A DNA stretch of 63,913 nucleotides, filler included, from Deltaproteobacteria bacterium (GCA_030698575.1; 10 parts of 10 records of this genome joined end to end with filler, not necessarily neighbours in it); one strand, 5' to 3'. Positions 1-10,121 are shown, counted from the first letter of the whole stretch. Numbers and translations are program-made. Notes: a model not told the origin generated them from the letters alone.

Positions 1-255
1 GTACTGCATGGTGTCGTAGATCGCGAGCCCAGCGGTGACGAGCCCGCCCGGGCTATTGATGTACAGGTGAATGTCCTTGTCGGGATCGTCTGATTCGAGG
101 AAGAGGAACTGGGCGATAACGACATTCGCCACATCGTCGTCGATCGCGGAGCCGATGAAGATGATCCGGTCTTTCAGGAGGCGGGAGTAGATATCGTAAG
201 CCCGCTCGCCCCGGTGATTCTGTTCGACGACCATCGGGATCAGCGAGCTTTTCAT
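1..255 (-). CDS. clpP: ATP-dependent Clp protease proteolytic subunit (partial, runs off the window)
   Basis: Manual translation [33 protein letters not shown]...YINSPGG...AIYDTMQY; lies downstream of tig. Confidence 0.96.
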   Translation of the reverse strand, partial: MKSSLIPMVVEQNHRGERAYDIYSRLLKDRIIFIGSAIDDDVANVVIAQFLFLESDDPDKDIHLYINSPGGLVTAGLAIYDTMQY

Positions 256-334
256 CAGGTTCCACCCCTTCCCCGTCCAGTCATGGCGGAGGGACGGCGA
301 CGGGGGGATGCGCCTTCCGCAGCGGACAAGCGTA

Positions 335-1642
335 TCATTTCTCCCGATCCGATGCGCTTTTTTCCTTTTGTATAGTAGCTTTTTCAAGCACCAGATCAAG
401 AGCCTTTTCGTCCTTGATCCGGCGCTCGAGAACGGGCAGAAGCCCGCGTTCCTCATACGCGGCGCGGAGCGTCGAAACCCGCTGCTTCGCCTCGCGCGCC
501 ATCGGCTCCAGGAAAGCGTCGATATCCTCCGCGGTCACCTCGAAACCCCGATCCCGCGCGATCTGATCGAGAATGAGCGAGGCTTTCACGTCCAGTTCCG
601 CCCGCGGCCGCCATTCGCGCTCGAGCGCTTCGGGCGTGAGGCCGAGGCGCTCAGGATCGACGCCCTGCGTCGATAACCGCTGCCTCGTGCTTTCGACGGC
701 CGAGCGGAACTCCCGCTCGACCATCGCGGGGGGCGCTTCGACCGGGTTCTCGGCCACGAGCTGCCCTTTCGCCTGCTCGCGCAGGGTGCGGCGCGACTCC
801 TCGTCGAGCTCACGCTGGATGTCCTCACTGACCTTCGCGCGCAGAGCCTCGAGGTTCTCGAACTCACCTGTGTCCTTCGCGAACTCGTCGTCAATCGCCG
901 GGACGACCTTCTTCTTGATCTCCTTGAGCGTGACCTGAAACAGCGCTGGCTTTCCGGCCAGCTCCGATTTCCCGTAGTCCTCCGGGAAGGTTACGGTCAC
1001 CTCGCGCGCCTCTCCGGCCGCCATCCCTTCCAGCTGATCCTCGAAGCCGGGGATGAAACGGCCCGAGCCGATCTCGATCGTGACCTCCTTGCCGGCGCCT
1101 CCCTCGAAGGGAGTCCCCTCCACGGAGCCCTCGTAGTCAATCACCGCGAAGTGGCCGCGGGCGAGGCGCGTGGCGCCCTCCTCGACCACGAGCTGCGCGT
1201 GCATGCCGGCCAGCCGCTCGAGCCGCTCCTTCACGGCGGCATCATCAACCACGGCCTCCGTTTGGGCGAGGGCGAGCTTCTCCCACTTCTGCACCTTGAC
1301 CTCCGGCCTCACCTCCAGCCGCGCGGTGTAGCGCCAGGGCTGCCCTTCGGCGAGCTTCTCGGGCTCGATGACGGGCTCCGACACGGGCTCGAGCTGATGG
1401 GTGCGAAGGGTCTCGCCGTAGGTGCGGTTGATGAGCGCCTGGATGACCTCGTTGCGCACCTGATCGCCATACATGCGAGTCATGACGGTGCGCGGAACTT
1501 TCCCTTTGCGGAAGCCCCGCACCCGGACCCCCTTGGCCAGTTCGCGGTAGGTCCGCTCGACCGTTTCCGACACCTCGTCGGCGGGGATCTCGACGGCAAT
1601 CTTGCGCTCCCAGGGGCCCAGATTCTCGATGGTTGCCTTCAT
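335..1642 (-). CDS. tig: Trigger factor
   Basis: GFRKGKVP ribosome-binding signature and FKBP domain (FIPGFEDQL); start taken at MKATIENL. Confidence 0.96.
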   Translation of the reverse strand: MKATIENLGPWERKIAVEIPADEVSETVERTYRELAKGVRVRGFRKGKVPRTVMTRMYGDQVRNEVIQALINRTYGETLRTHQLEPVSEPVIEPEKLAEGQPWRYTARLEVRPEVKVQKWEKLALAQTEAVVDDAAVKERLERLAGMHAQLVVEEGATRLARGHFAVIDYEGSVEGTPFEGGAGKEVTIEIGSGRFIPGFEDQLEGMAAGEAREVTVTFPEDYGKSELAGKPALFQVTLKEIKKKVVPAIDDEFAKDTGEFENLEALRAKVSEDIQRELDEESRRTLREQAKGQLVAENPVEAPPAMVEREFRSAVESTRQRLSTQGVDPERLGLTPEALEREWRPRAELDVKASLILDQIARDRGFEVTAEDIDAFLEPMAREAKQRVSTLRAAYEERGLLPVLERRIKDEKALDLVLEKATIQKEKSASDREK

Positions 1643-1757
1643 TGCACTCGCTTCTCGGCACTCGCTTCTCCGCCGGGCCGGAGGCCGCAAGGGGGCCGGC
1701 GGGCTCGAGGCTCCGCGCCCCTCGGTCGGGTGCCAGGTGAAAGGTGGGCGTTTCAGG

Positions 1758-1842
1758 TGGTGCGAGAGGGGGGAGTCGAACCCCCACGCCTTTCGGCACG
1801 AGATCCTAAGTCTCGCGTGTCTGCCAGTTCCACCACTCTCGC
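1758..1842 (-). tRNA. tRNA-Leu (anticodon TAG), 85 nt, CCA encoded
   Basis: GCGAGAGTGGTGGAACTGGCAGAC...CTTAGGA...GGTTCGACTCCC...CTCTCGCACCA; long variable arm; tRNA-Leu-tig-clpP synteny. Confidence 0.97.
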
Positions 1843-1965
1843 AGTGAGCTTTGGCCCCGGAACAGGGGCCCTCGGGCGGCCCTCGCGCCAGGGGACCGGG
1901 GGCGCACGGCATGCGCCCGGCCCGAGGGAGGGGGGATGCGGGCCTCGACTCCCGCGACCGTGCTG

Positions 1966-1994
1966 AGACTAGAGAATTTGCCCCCCATCGTCAA
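1966..1994 (-). promoter_or_regulatory. Putative sigma70 promoter for tRNA-Leu/tig
   Basis: TTGACG-N17-TAGTCT on the minus strand. Confidence 0.6.
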
Positions 1995-2252
1995 CGCGAA
2001 GCGCCCGCCACGCCTGGCATTTCTGCAGCCTGCGATGTTTCCTTGCCACTTCCGGGCCCGCCCCGCCACCTAACGGGAAAGATGGAAGGATTCTTGCTAT
2101 TCGAGGGAGTGCGGACCCCCGCAGATCTTCCCTGTGATCCACGAACAGGTCCGTCAAAGCGATTGGCAGGCTCCTCGGGGCCTGCCTTTCGCTTTGGGGG
2201 CCGGGCCCTCCCCGCGGGCGGCCTGGGGCTTATTTCACAGGGGAAATAGGCC

Positions 2253-2279
2253 TCAAGGGGGGCCCGGAAGGGCCGATAA
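2253..2279 (+). promoter_or_regulatory. Putative sigma28 (FliA-type) promoter
   Basis: TCAA-N15-GCCGATAA, with a perfect -10 box. Confidence 0.6.
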
Positions 2280-2413
2280 AGTCAGAGGAACTGGGGGATT
2301 GCGAAAATCGTAAAAAAGTCGCCCCCGCACCTGACACCTATGGCGGTTTCGAGCCACGTACTCATCAGGGTGAAGCATTCGTAACGGGTGATACGTCAAG
2401 GGAGGAGATCAGG

Positions 2414-2665
2414 ATGGAGTCAATTCTCATCGGGCTTGCCGCTCTGGGTACGGGTCTCGTCGGTCTTTTCGCGGCCGTCATGCTCGTTCTGGCTGCTCGT
2501 TCCGTCGACGAGCCCGCGCCCCTTCGGGCGGGCACCATGGATCTCGCGGGGACCACGGCTTCGCCGAGGGGTCTCGCGGCCGAGGACGGCGCGCTGGTCG
2601 CCGCTTCGATCTCTTCGCTCCATCGCCGGCTCCCCTCGCCTGCTTCCGCCATGGAGGCGGTCTAG
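2414..2665 (+). CDS. Small membrane protein, 83 aa, N-terminal TM helix
   Basis: SD GGAGGAG; hydrophobic residues about 4-28. Confidence 0.65.
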   Translation: MESILIGLAALGTGLVGLFAAVMLVLAARSVDEPAPLRAGTMDLAGTTASPRGLAAEDGALVAASISSLHRRLPSPASAMEAV

Positions 2666-2710
2666 GCGCCGGTCGGGTGATTTTGGGAGAAACCCCCAGG
2701 GAGGTCTGTC

Positions 2711-2968
2711 ATGTTTGAAATCGTCATCATCGCGCTCCTGGCGCTCGGAATCAGCGCCGCCATCGTCTTCGGGGCAGCTTTCGTCGTGCTGGCCGTCACG
2801 CCGCTCATGAACGAGGAGACCCCCTCGCGCCTCGCATCGCCGGCCATGGCGCAGCTCTGGGCCAGCGCGGGCGCGCCCGTCCGCGGCGGCTTCGTCAGCG
2901 GTCTGGTTCGTGGCCTCGCGACGGCGCGTGCGGCGATCCAGGGGCGTCATCGCGACGCGACGTCCTGA
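2711..2968 (+). CDS. Small membrane protein, 85 aa, N-terminal TM helix
   Basis: SD GGGAGG; hydrophobic N-terminus; same layout as the upstream ORF. Confidence 0.65.
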   Translation: MFEIVIIALLALGISAAIVFGAAFVVLAVTPLMNEETPSRLASPAMAQLWASAGAPVRGGFVSGLVRGLATARAAIQGRHRDATS

Positions 2969-3033
2969 GTTCGCAAGAGTTACATCACTTTATTCGTGCT
3001 TCGTGAACAACGCTCTGCATGAACAGGTAAATG

Positions 3034-3062
3034 AAAGGCAGGTTCCTCGGAACCTGCCTTTT
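3034..3062. terminator. Intrinsic terminator, probably bidirectional
   Basis: AAAGGCAGGTTCC-TC-GGAACCTGCCTTTT. Confidence 0.8.
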
Positions 3063-3138
3063 GTTTGCCTGGCATGTTTGCGTGCCTGTTAAGCGGCCGT
3101 GCCCGGTCTGGACGGGGGAAGGCCGGCCCGGGCTCCTC

Positions 3139-3339
3139 TCAGAACCAGTGCGTGAATCCGGAGGGCGCCATTTCGGCGTCTTCCTCGCCGGCCGCCTCCA
3201 CTGCTGCCGGGAGCGCGCTCTCGAGTGTCTGGCTACACGCCCCGCCCTCGCGGTCGGGCTCCAGGGCCGCCGGCGCGGTCTCCCAGAGCAGGAACGGATT
3301 CCAGAACAGGAGCGACTGGCCTTTCACGGAAGCTTTCAT
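3139..3339 (-). CDS. Hypothetical small protein (66 aa)
   Basis: ORF with purine-rich SD, converging on the terminator. Confidence 0.4.
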   Translation of the reverse strand: MKASVKGQSLLFWNPFLLWETAPAALEPDREGGACSQTLESALPAAVEAAGEEDAEMAPSGFTHWF

Positions 3340-3562
3340 TGGCACCCCCCTTTTCACGCAGCGTCATTCTCACGCCGCAGCGCCGCCGGGCACAAGGAAA
3401 AAATGATCCCGGCGGGGCTGCGTTTTCTCCGGCGGACGCCTGCCGGCCGCGTTTGCCTCCGCCGGAGTCGCTGTGCCATCATGCCCGCGCAGATCAGCCG
3501 AAACTTTCCAGCGGCGGCGCGCCAGCGCGCGCCCGCATATGAATCATGAGGAGCCGGGAACA

Positions 3563-4333
3563 ATGTCCATCTTCGATGCATTCTCACTGAAGGAGAAAGT
3601 CGCCATCGTCACCGGGTCGAGCCGCGGCATCGGGCGCTCGATCGCACTCGCTTTCGCCGAGGCCGGCGCCGACGTCGTGGTGTCGAGCCGCAAGCGCGAG
3701 GCCTGCGAGGCCGTCGCCAAGGAGATTGAGGAGCGCGGCGCCCGGAGCATGGTCGTGCCCTGTCATGTCGGGAAGACGGAGCAGATCGAGAACCTGCTCA
3801 GCGAGGTGAAAAAGGCCTGGGGCCGCGTGGACGTGCTCGTGAACAACGCTGCCACGAATCCCGCGATGGGCGCCCTCGTGAACACCGAGGACGCCGTGTG
3901 GGACAAGATCATGGAGATCAACCTGAGGGGGGTCTTCGCGGCGAGCCGGGCTGCCGGTCGCATCATGATGGAACAGGGCTCAGGGGCGATCATCAATGTC
4001 GCGAGCACGGGCGGCATCCGTCCCCCTGCGCTCATCGGGGCTTACGGCGTCAGCAAGGCGGCGGTCATCCACCTGACCAGATCCTTCGCCAAGGAGCTGG
4101 CCTCGAGCGGGGTCCGGGTGAACTGCATCGCGCCGGGGCTCATCGAGACGGCCTTCGCGAGCGCGCTGATCAACACCCCCGAGATCTACCAGGAGGCGCT
4201 CAAGATGATCCCCCTGGGCAGGCACGGCCAGCCTGATGAGATCGCCGGGGCGGCGCTCTATCTGGCGTCCGACGCATCCGGCTACGTGACGGGCCACATC
4301 ATGGTCGTGGACGGCGGCTCGACGATCGGCTGA
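3563..4333 (+). CDS. Classical SDR family oxidoreductase
   Basis: TGSSRGIG, NNAA and YGVSK motifs. Confidence 0.93.
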   Translation: MSIFDAFSLKEKVAIVTGSSRGIGRSIALAFAEAGADVVVSSRKREACEAVAKEIEERGARSMVVPCHVGKTEQIENLLSEVKKAWGRVDVLVNNAATNPAMGALVNTEDAVWDKIMEINLRGVFAASRAAGRIMMEQGSGAIINVASTGGIRPPALIGAYGVSKAAVIHLTRSFAKELASSGVRVNCIAPGLIETAFASALINTPEIYQEALKMIPLGRHGQPDEIAGAALYLASDASGYVTGHIMVVDGGSTIG

Positions 4334-4374
4334 CAGGCGCGGCCAGGGGACAGGGCCCGCGCTCCGGCTGCGTA

Positions 4375-4410
4375 ATAAAAACGAGGCTCCGGAGAAATCT
4401 CCGGAGCCTC
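4375..4410 (-). terminator. Intrinsic terminator
   Basis: GAGGCTCCGGAG-N4-CTCCGGAGCCTC followed by a T-run on the minus strand. Confidence 0.75.
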
Positions 4411-4505
4411 ATTCCATTTCTACGGTTCCAGTTCGCGAGTACTGACCCTGGTAGGGCGGGACCGCCAGAGAGCGAACGAAGGCGACCACGTCCTGGATCT
4501 GCTCG
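4409..4505 (-). CDS. C-terminus of a probable class I cytochrome c (partial)
   Basis: EQIQDVVAFVRSLA resembles the terminal helix of cytochrome c. Confidence 0.5.
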
Positions 4506-4605
4506 NNNNNNNNNNNNNNNNNNNNNNNNNNNNNNNNNNNNNNNNNNNNTTAATTAATTAANNNNNNNNNNNNNNNNNNNNNNNNNNNNNNNNNNNNNNN
4601 NNNNN
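4506..4605. other. Artificial contig spacer; others at 7273-7372, 10022-10121, 14432-14531, 17622-17721, 36003-36102, 39649-39748, 54102-54201, 60573-60672
   Basis: N-runs flanking TTAATTAATTAA (stop codons in all six frames). Confidence 0.99.
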
Positions 4606-5405
4606 CTGAAGGCCGAGACGTTGTACACGGAGGCGGTCAGAGACTCGGCGGACGCGTTGAGGAGGGCCAAGAGCGCCTCGATGGCGTCCGGCATGGCCAT
4701 GAAGGGGATGCGCGTGTCCTCGCGGACGAAGCAGGCGTAGGGGCGCCCTCGAGCGGCCGCGTGGATCATCTCCGGGGCGTAGTCGCTCGTTCCGCCGCTG
4801 GGCACCGTGAAGGCCGAGATCAGCCCCGGGAAACGGATGGCCCGGAAATCGACCCGGCCGGGCTCGCCCGGCCCGGCCAACTGGCGGTAGTGGCGGGCGA
4901 AGTAGCGGCCGAGGTGCTCGCAGTAGAGCTTGTTGCAGCCGTACATGGTTACCGGCGCCAGCCATTCGTCCTCGCCGACTTTGCCCGCCGCCTGCTTCGC
5001 GGCAAGGCTGGGAAGGCCGTACACGGCGATGGAGCTCGGGAAGAGAAACCTGACCGGCCGGCCGAGGGACCGCCCTTCCTCGACTGCCAGACGGAGGAAG
5101 TTCAGCGTGCCCTGCACATTCACCTCGTGAGCCGTTTCGGGTACGTACTCCGCCCGGGTCGACAGGAGCGCGGCCAGATGGAACACGACGGATATCTCGA
5201 ACTCGCTCATCAACCGGTCGAGCAGGTAACGGTCGAGCACGTCGCCGACCCGGCTCGCGGCGCAGCACGCCACCAGCTCCGGATCGAGGGCCCGGATGTC
5301 GAGCGCGAGGACGTCGAAGGTGCCGAGCTCCGCGAGGCGACGGATCAGGCCGTGTCCCATCTCCCCGCTCGCGCCCGTCACGAGGACTACGGGCTTGCGC
5401 GCCAT
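4606..5405 (-). CDS. NAD-dependent epimerase/dehydratase family, L-threonine 3-dehydrogenase-like (partial)
   Basis: TGASGEMG, HLAALLS, YGCNK and GGTSDYA motifs. Confidence 0.85.
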
Positions 5406-5456
5406 TCGGGGTTCCGCCCGGAAGAGACGCCCGACTCGAGGACCGTCCGGCGGTCG

Positions 5457-6278
5457 CTAGAGCGGCATCGCATTGGTGATCAGGATCTCGATCGCCTTGA
5501 TGCCGATCATGACCGCGTGCGCTTCGCCCAGACGCAGATGCTCGGCCGTGATCGGCTCGCCGACGCGATCGGTCGCCCGCGTGTTGATGACCCCGGTGAC
5601 GCAGCCGCCTCTCAGACCCAACGCGCCACACATGGTCAAGAGGGTCGACGATTCCATCTCGACGTTGAGGACGTGAAGGCGTCGCCACTCCTCGGTCATC
5701 CCGCGTAGGCGCCTCGGGATGTAGCGGGAGCAGGCATCCACTCGCTCCTGGCCTTGATAGAAAGTATCGGTCGACGCTGTCACGCCCACGTGATAGCGGC
5801 AGCCGAGGGTGCCGGCGAGACTCTTGGCGGCCCTGACGAGAGCGAGCATCACCTCCGGGTGCGCGACGGCGGGATACTCGACCGGGGCGTAATCGGCCGA
5901 TGCGCCGTCGAGGCGGACGGAGCCCGTGGTGACCACGACATCGCCGATCGCGATCGAATCCTGGATAACCCCGGTTGTCCCGACGCGGATGAAGGTGTGG
6001 ACGCCGAGCTGCGCGAGCTCGTCGACGGCGATGGATGTCGAGGGTCCACCGATCCCCGTCGACGTGACGAGGACCTTGCGCCCGCGGATATCCATCAGAT
6101 ACGTGCAGTATTCGCGGTTGTGCGCGAGCGGGCCGTCAGGGACCGGCGCGCCGTAGACCGATCCAATGCGCTCCGCGATCAGTCTCGACCGGAAGGGATC
6201 GCCGGGGAGCAGCACGAAGCGCGCTCCCTGGATCTTCTCGTCGTCGAGAGCGACGTGGTACATGGCTCGGCGGGGCAT
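5457..6278 (-). CDS. udp: Uridine phosphorylase
   Basis: LLPGDP, STGIGGPS, RVGTTG, DTFYQGQER and EME motifs. Confidence 0.9.
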   Translation of the reverse strand: MPRRAMYHVALDDEKIQGARFVLLPGDPFRSRLIAERIGSVYGAPVPDGPLAHNREYCTYLMDIRGRKVLVTSTGIGGPSTSIAVDELAQLGVHTFIRVGTTGVIQDSIAIGDVVVTTGSVRLDGASADYAPVEYPAVAHPEVMLALVRAAKSLAGTLGCRYHVGVTASTDTFYQGQERVDACSRYIPRRLRGMTEEWRRLHVLNVEMESSTLLTMCGALGLRGGCVTGVINTRATDRVGEPITAEHLRLGEAHAVMIGIKAIEILITNAMPL

Positions 6279-6354
6279 CGGCCTCTCCCGGGATCGTTGG
6301 CGCACGCGATGCCGTCAGGTTAGTCTGAACGACGCGCAGGGTCAAGGCGCGGCC

Positions 6355-7230
6355 ATGAAAGACCCCGACGGCGTCCAGTTCCTCCAGTGGTGCCTCCCGA
6401 GGCTCCGCCTCCGATGGCCGGGCTTCCGGAAGGTCCGGAGGCGGGTGTACAAGTGCATCGACCGCCGGCTCAGGCAGCTCGGCCTGGCGGACGTGTCCGA
6501 GTACCGCCGCTACCTCGAGCGCGACGCGGAGGAATGGAGGGCGCTCGATGCGTGCTGCCGGATTCCCATCTCGCGCTTCTTTCGGGACCGGGCGGTTTTC
6601 GCATCGCTCGAAGAGGAGGTGCTGCCCAGGCTTGCCGAGATCGCCTCGGCCAGACACGAGCAGCGGCTCCAGTGCTGGAGCATCGGTTGTGCCTCCGGCG
6701 AGGAGCCCTACACGCTGTCGATCCTCTGGCGGATCCGGATCGCGCCGCGCTTCCCCGGTCTCGGGCTCCGTGTGCTGGCCACGGACGTGGACACCCACGC
6801 GCTCGAGCGCGCGCGGCGAGGCTGCTACGGTCGGGGCAGCCTCAAGGACCTGCCGGCCGATCTCCTGGCCCGGGCGTTCACCCCCTCGCCACAGGGGTTG
6901 TGCCTAAAGCCGGAATACCGGGAAGGCGTCGAGCTCTTCCAGCAGGACGTGCGGCTCACCATGCCGCCGGGCCCCTTCCATCTCGTCTTCTGCCGCAACC
7001 TCGCGTTCACGTACTTCGAGGCTGCGCTTCAGCGGGAAATCCTGGGCAGGGTCATCGAGCGCCTCTGCCCGGGCGGGGCGCTCGTGATCGGGAGCCTCGA
7101 ATCGCTGCCCGCAGAAGTTGCGGGGCTCGAGCCCTGGTCGGGGAGGCGCGCCGTGTACCGACGATCCGCGCCGGATCCCGGCGAGGGCAGCGCCCGCTCG
7201 GCGGCCTCCCCCCCCGGAGCGCACCGCTAA
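6355..7230 (+). CDS. cheR: CheR-family methyltransferase
   Basis: SRFFRD, WSIGCASGEEPY and FCRN motifs. Confidence 0.9.
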   Translation: MKDPDGVQFLQWCLPRLRLRWPGFRKVRRRVYKCIDRRLRQLGLADVSEYRRYLERDAEEWRALDACCRIPISRFFRDRAVFASLEEEVLPRLAEIASARHEQRLQCWSIGCASGEEPYTLSILWRIRIAPRFPGLGLRVLATDVDTHALERARRGCYGRGSLKDLPADLLARAFTPSPQGLCLKPEYREGVELFQQDVRLTMPPGPFHLVFCRNLAFTYFEAALQREILGRVIERLCPGGALVIGSLESLPAEVAGLEPWSGRRAVYRRSAPDPGEGSARSAASPPGAHR

Positions 7231-7387
7231 CGCACCGCCTCGAGCTGCGCAATCCGGGCCCGCATCCGCTTGNNNNNNNNNNNNNNNNNNNNNNNNNNNN
7301 NNNNNNNNNNNNNNNNTTAATTAATTAANNNNNNNNNNNNNNNNNNNNNNNNNNNNNNNNNNNNNNNNNNNNCCGCTACGGAGGGTG

Positions 7388-7639
7388 TCATAACTCGCGC
7401 GGGAAAGAAGCCACCGCATGGCGCTCGTGACGGACGCGGCAGGAAATCGTTTCGGACCGTTCGAGGCAGAGTACACGGGGCGTGACACGCTCAAGGTGCC
7501 GGGGCGTGTAGTCGCGCGGCGAAAACCGGGACTGTCCCGCAGTTTGGGACTGTCCCAGGTTTTCGCCCAGGTTTTCGCCGCAGCCGTCGCAGAATCTCGC
7601 CGACGGGCGGTTCTCGTGCCGGCAGGCGGGGCAGTTCAA
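7388..7639 (-). pseudogene. Truncated N-terminus of a zinc-ribbon adenylate cyclase/AAA-type protein
   Basis: CPACRHEN...FCDGCG...PRDYTPRHL, after which the recognisable similarity ends. Confidence 0.55.
7528..7556. repeat. Two copies of the GGGACTGTCCC palindrome (REP-like)
   Basis: Directly visible tandem palindromes. Confidence 0.7.
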
Positions 7640-7661
7640 TGTTGAGTCCTGCGCATGGGTC

Positions 7662-8828
7662 TCATCCCGGGAAGAGTCGCTTGCTCGCGATGTCCGCTCC
7701 CTCGCGAAGCGCCCGCAGCTTCGCCCAGACAACCTCCTCAGCCACCTCGCCGAGCCCCGCCGCCGTCGCGAAGCCGCAGTCGGTGCCGGCGAGCACGCGC
7801 GTCGGATCGCCCACAGCGTGCGCCGCGCGCTCGATGCGGTCCGCCACCACCTCCGGGTGCTCGACGTAGTTCGTCGTGGTGTCGATGACCCCTGCGACGA
7901 GGGCCATGTCACCCGGCAGCGGCGTTTTCTCGAAGCAGCGGTACTCGTGCTCGTGGCGCGGGTTGGCCATCGAGAGCATGATGGCGCCGACGCGAGCGCC
8001 GTAGAGGCTCGGAAGGATCTCCTGGAGCGGCACGTCGAGGTGGTGCGGCGCCTCGTAGTTTCCCCAGCAGACGTGCATGCGAACGCGCTCGGGCGGAATC
8101 TTCTCCAGCGCGCGGTTGATGGCCTCGATGACCAGTTCGACGAAGGCGATGAATTCGCCAAGCGGCTTGTCGGCGAACAGGGTGTGCCGTTCCATGGCCA
8201 GATCGGGGCAGTCGAGCTGGAGCAGGATCCCCCGCGAGACGATGTGCTCGTACTCCACCCGCAGCGCGTCGGCAAGCGCGAAGAGGTAATCGTCGAACCG
8301 ATCGTAGTGCGCATTGGTCATGGCCGCAGCGACGATTCCCGGGGAAGGGGCGGTCATGAAGGGCTCGGCGAAACCCGGCTCCGCCCTGTTGAGGATCGCG
8401 AGAACGCGATCGCATTCCCGTTCGATGGGCGCTGCATCGGTGTATGCGACCGGCCCCGTCGCCTGGGGCCCATGCAGCAGATCCACCATTGTCTTCGAGA
8501 ACTCTGGAAGCCGTAGCTCGAGGAAGCTCGGGAAGTGGAGGATGTCGCGCATGACGGGGCGTTCGCTCGTTCCCGAGAAGCCGCTCATCCGGTGCTGCAC
8601 GTAGGTGAAGAAGCTCTCGCGCCCCTGCTCTCCGTCATTTCCGACGTCGATCCCGGCTTCGATCTGGCGCGACACCGCCTGGCGGGTGGCTTCCTCCACC
8701 TGGACGTCGTACGCGGCCTCGTCGACGGGCTCGCGCTTGCTCATCCTGACGAGCAGGTCCACCAGGGGCTTCGGCCTCGGGAGGCTTCCCGCGTGGGTCG
8801 TCAGAACTCGGCCCTCGCTTCGTTTCAT
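7662..8828 (-). CDS. Cobalamin-independent methionine synthase II family protein
   Basis: TTHAGSLPRP, HVCWGN and TDCGF zinc-site motifs. Confidence 0.9.
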   Translation of the reverse strand: MKRSEGRVLTTHAGSLPRPKPLVDLLVRMSKREPVDEAAYDVQVEEATRQAVSRQIEAGIDVGNDGEQGRESFFTYVQHRMSGFSGTSERPVMRDILHFPSFLELRLPEFSKTMVDLLHGPQATGPVAYTDAAPIERECDRVLAILNRAEPGFAEPFMTAPSPGIVAAAMTNAHYDRFDDYLFALADALRVEYEHIVSRGILLQLDCPDLAMERHTLFADKPLGEFIAFVELVIEAINRALEKIPPERVRMHVCWGNYEAPHHLDVPLQEILPSLYGARVGAIMLSMANPRHEHEYRCFEKTPLPGDMALVAGVIDTTTNYVEHPEVVADRIERAAHAVGDPTRVLAGTDCGFATAAGLGEVAEEVVWAKLRALREGADIASKRLFPG

Positions 8829-8885
8829 GCGAACCTCGTGTGCGCGGTCGGCGCGACTGTCGTCACTGCGCGGGACCGTGCCGGC

Positions 8886-9893
8886 TCAGGCCGCCCCCGC
8901 CGACAGGTAGGACAGGCAGCCGGCTTCCTGAAGAATCTTGTCAAGCGCGCCGCGGTCGCCGACCGCGGCGTAGCGCGCGCGCAGCGCGGCGAGCGACTTG
9001 GCGTGGTACTTCTGCGTGTCCTGCGAGTAGGGGTTCCCGTCGAGCTTCGTGCTGAAACTCTTCTCACCCGCGGCCAGCGCCTTCGCGTTGGCGATGGTCC
9101 AGGGAAAGAACACGCTGGCCACCTCCTCGCGAAGCAGCGGCGCGAGCGTCGGCCCGATTGTCTCCCACGATTCGAAGGGTCCCTCGGCGGAGGGGTCGAG
9201 CATGCGCTGCGTCCAGGCGAGGACCGCCGGCGCGGACTCGCGCATGATTGCGCCGGGAGTGGGATCGGAGGCGCACTGGTAGAGCTGGGCGTAGAGGCCG
9301 AAATCGCCGAATGCCGGCCGTCCCCCGAAGAGATACTTCCGCCCCTGCAGGTGCTTCTCCAGTATCGAGAGCTGGCGCGCCAGGCTGGCCTCGATGGCCG
9401 CTTTCGTCTCGGGAGAACTCCCCACGAAGGACAGCCGCGGGATCATGCGCTGCTTGATCATTCCGATTCCCATCTTGATCTGCTCTTCCTCCGCCCCCGC
9501 CATGAAACTCCTCGCGATTCGCTCCGCGGCGGAATCTTGATCCGGCTCGTAGAACCAGCGGTAGTGGAACATGGGCTTGTTCCCCCACTCGTCGCTGTAT
9601 TCCTCGATGAGGACGGAGATGAAGGCCAGCGCGGGATCGGCGGGATGAATGGATGGCTCTGGATTCAGCGCCTCGAAATGATCGATGATCGGCGTTGAAT
9701 CCTGAATTCCCTTCCCTTCGGGCGTCACCACGAGCGGCACGAGAGGCAGCTTGGCGTGCTTCCCGAACTCCTCCTCGTTGGCCGGGCTCCGGATGATCCA
9801 CTCGTGCGGGATCTGCTTGTAGCGGAAGTAGGATCGGACCTTGATGGAGTAGGGCGACAGCTCGCTGCCGAATATTCTGTAAACGTCGGACAT
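8886..9893 (-). CDS. Glutathione S-transferase family protein
   Basis: SPYSIKVRSYFRYK, VP and DST motifs. Confidence 0.88.
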   Translation of the reverse strand: MSDVYRIFGSELSPYSIKVRSYFRYKQIPHEWIIRSPANEEEFGKHAKLPLVPLVVTPEGKGIQDSTPIIDHFEALNPEPSIHPADPALAFISVLIEEYSDEWGNKPMFHYRWFYEPDQDSAAERIARSFMAGAEEEQIKMGIGMIKQRMIPRLSFVGSSPETKAAIEASLARQLSILEKHLQGRKYLFGGRPAFGDFGLYAQLYQCASDPTPGAIMRESAPAVLAWTQRMLDPSAEGPFESWETIGPTLAPLLREEVASVFFPWTIANAKALAAGEKSFSTKLDGNPYSQDTQKYHAKSLAALRARYAAVGDRGALDKILQEAGCLSYLSAGAA

Positions 9894-10121
9894 TTGGAAC
9901 CCCTCGAAGGATGAATGGCGAATGTCGCCGGCGCGAAACGGCGCCGCCGGCCCGGCGAGGCCCTCATCTTACAGGCGTTGGGGTCGTTTTGGCGAGAGGG
10001 TGGAAGGGCTGCCGCGCGCGGNNNNNNNNNNNNNNNNNNNNNNNNNNNNNNNNNNNNNNNNNNNNTTAATTAATTAANNNNNNNNNNNNNNNNNNNNNNN
10101 NNNNNNNNNNNNNNNNNNNNN

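Noticed and set aside
1758-3550. tRNA-anchored genomic island
   Set aside because: No integrase or duplicated tRNA 3' end, and the small genes lie on the 5' side of the tRNA
4506-4605. Recurring TTAATTAATTAA motif in N-runs
   Set aside because: Artificial concatenation spacer; adjacency across spacers has no biological meaning
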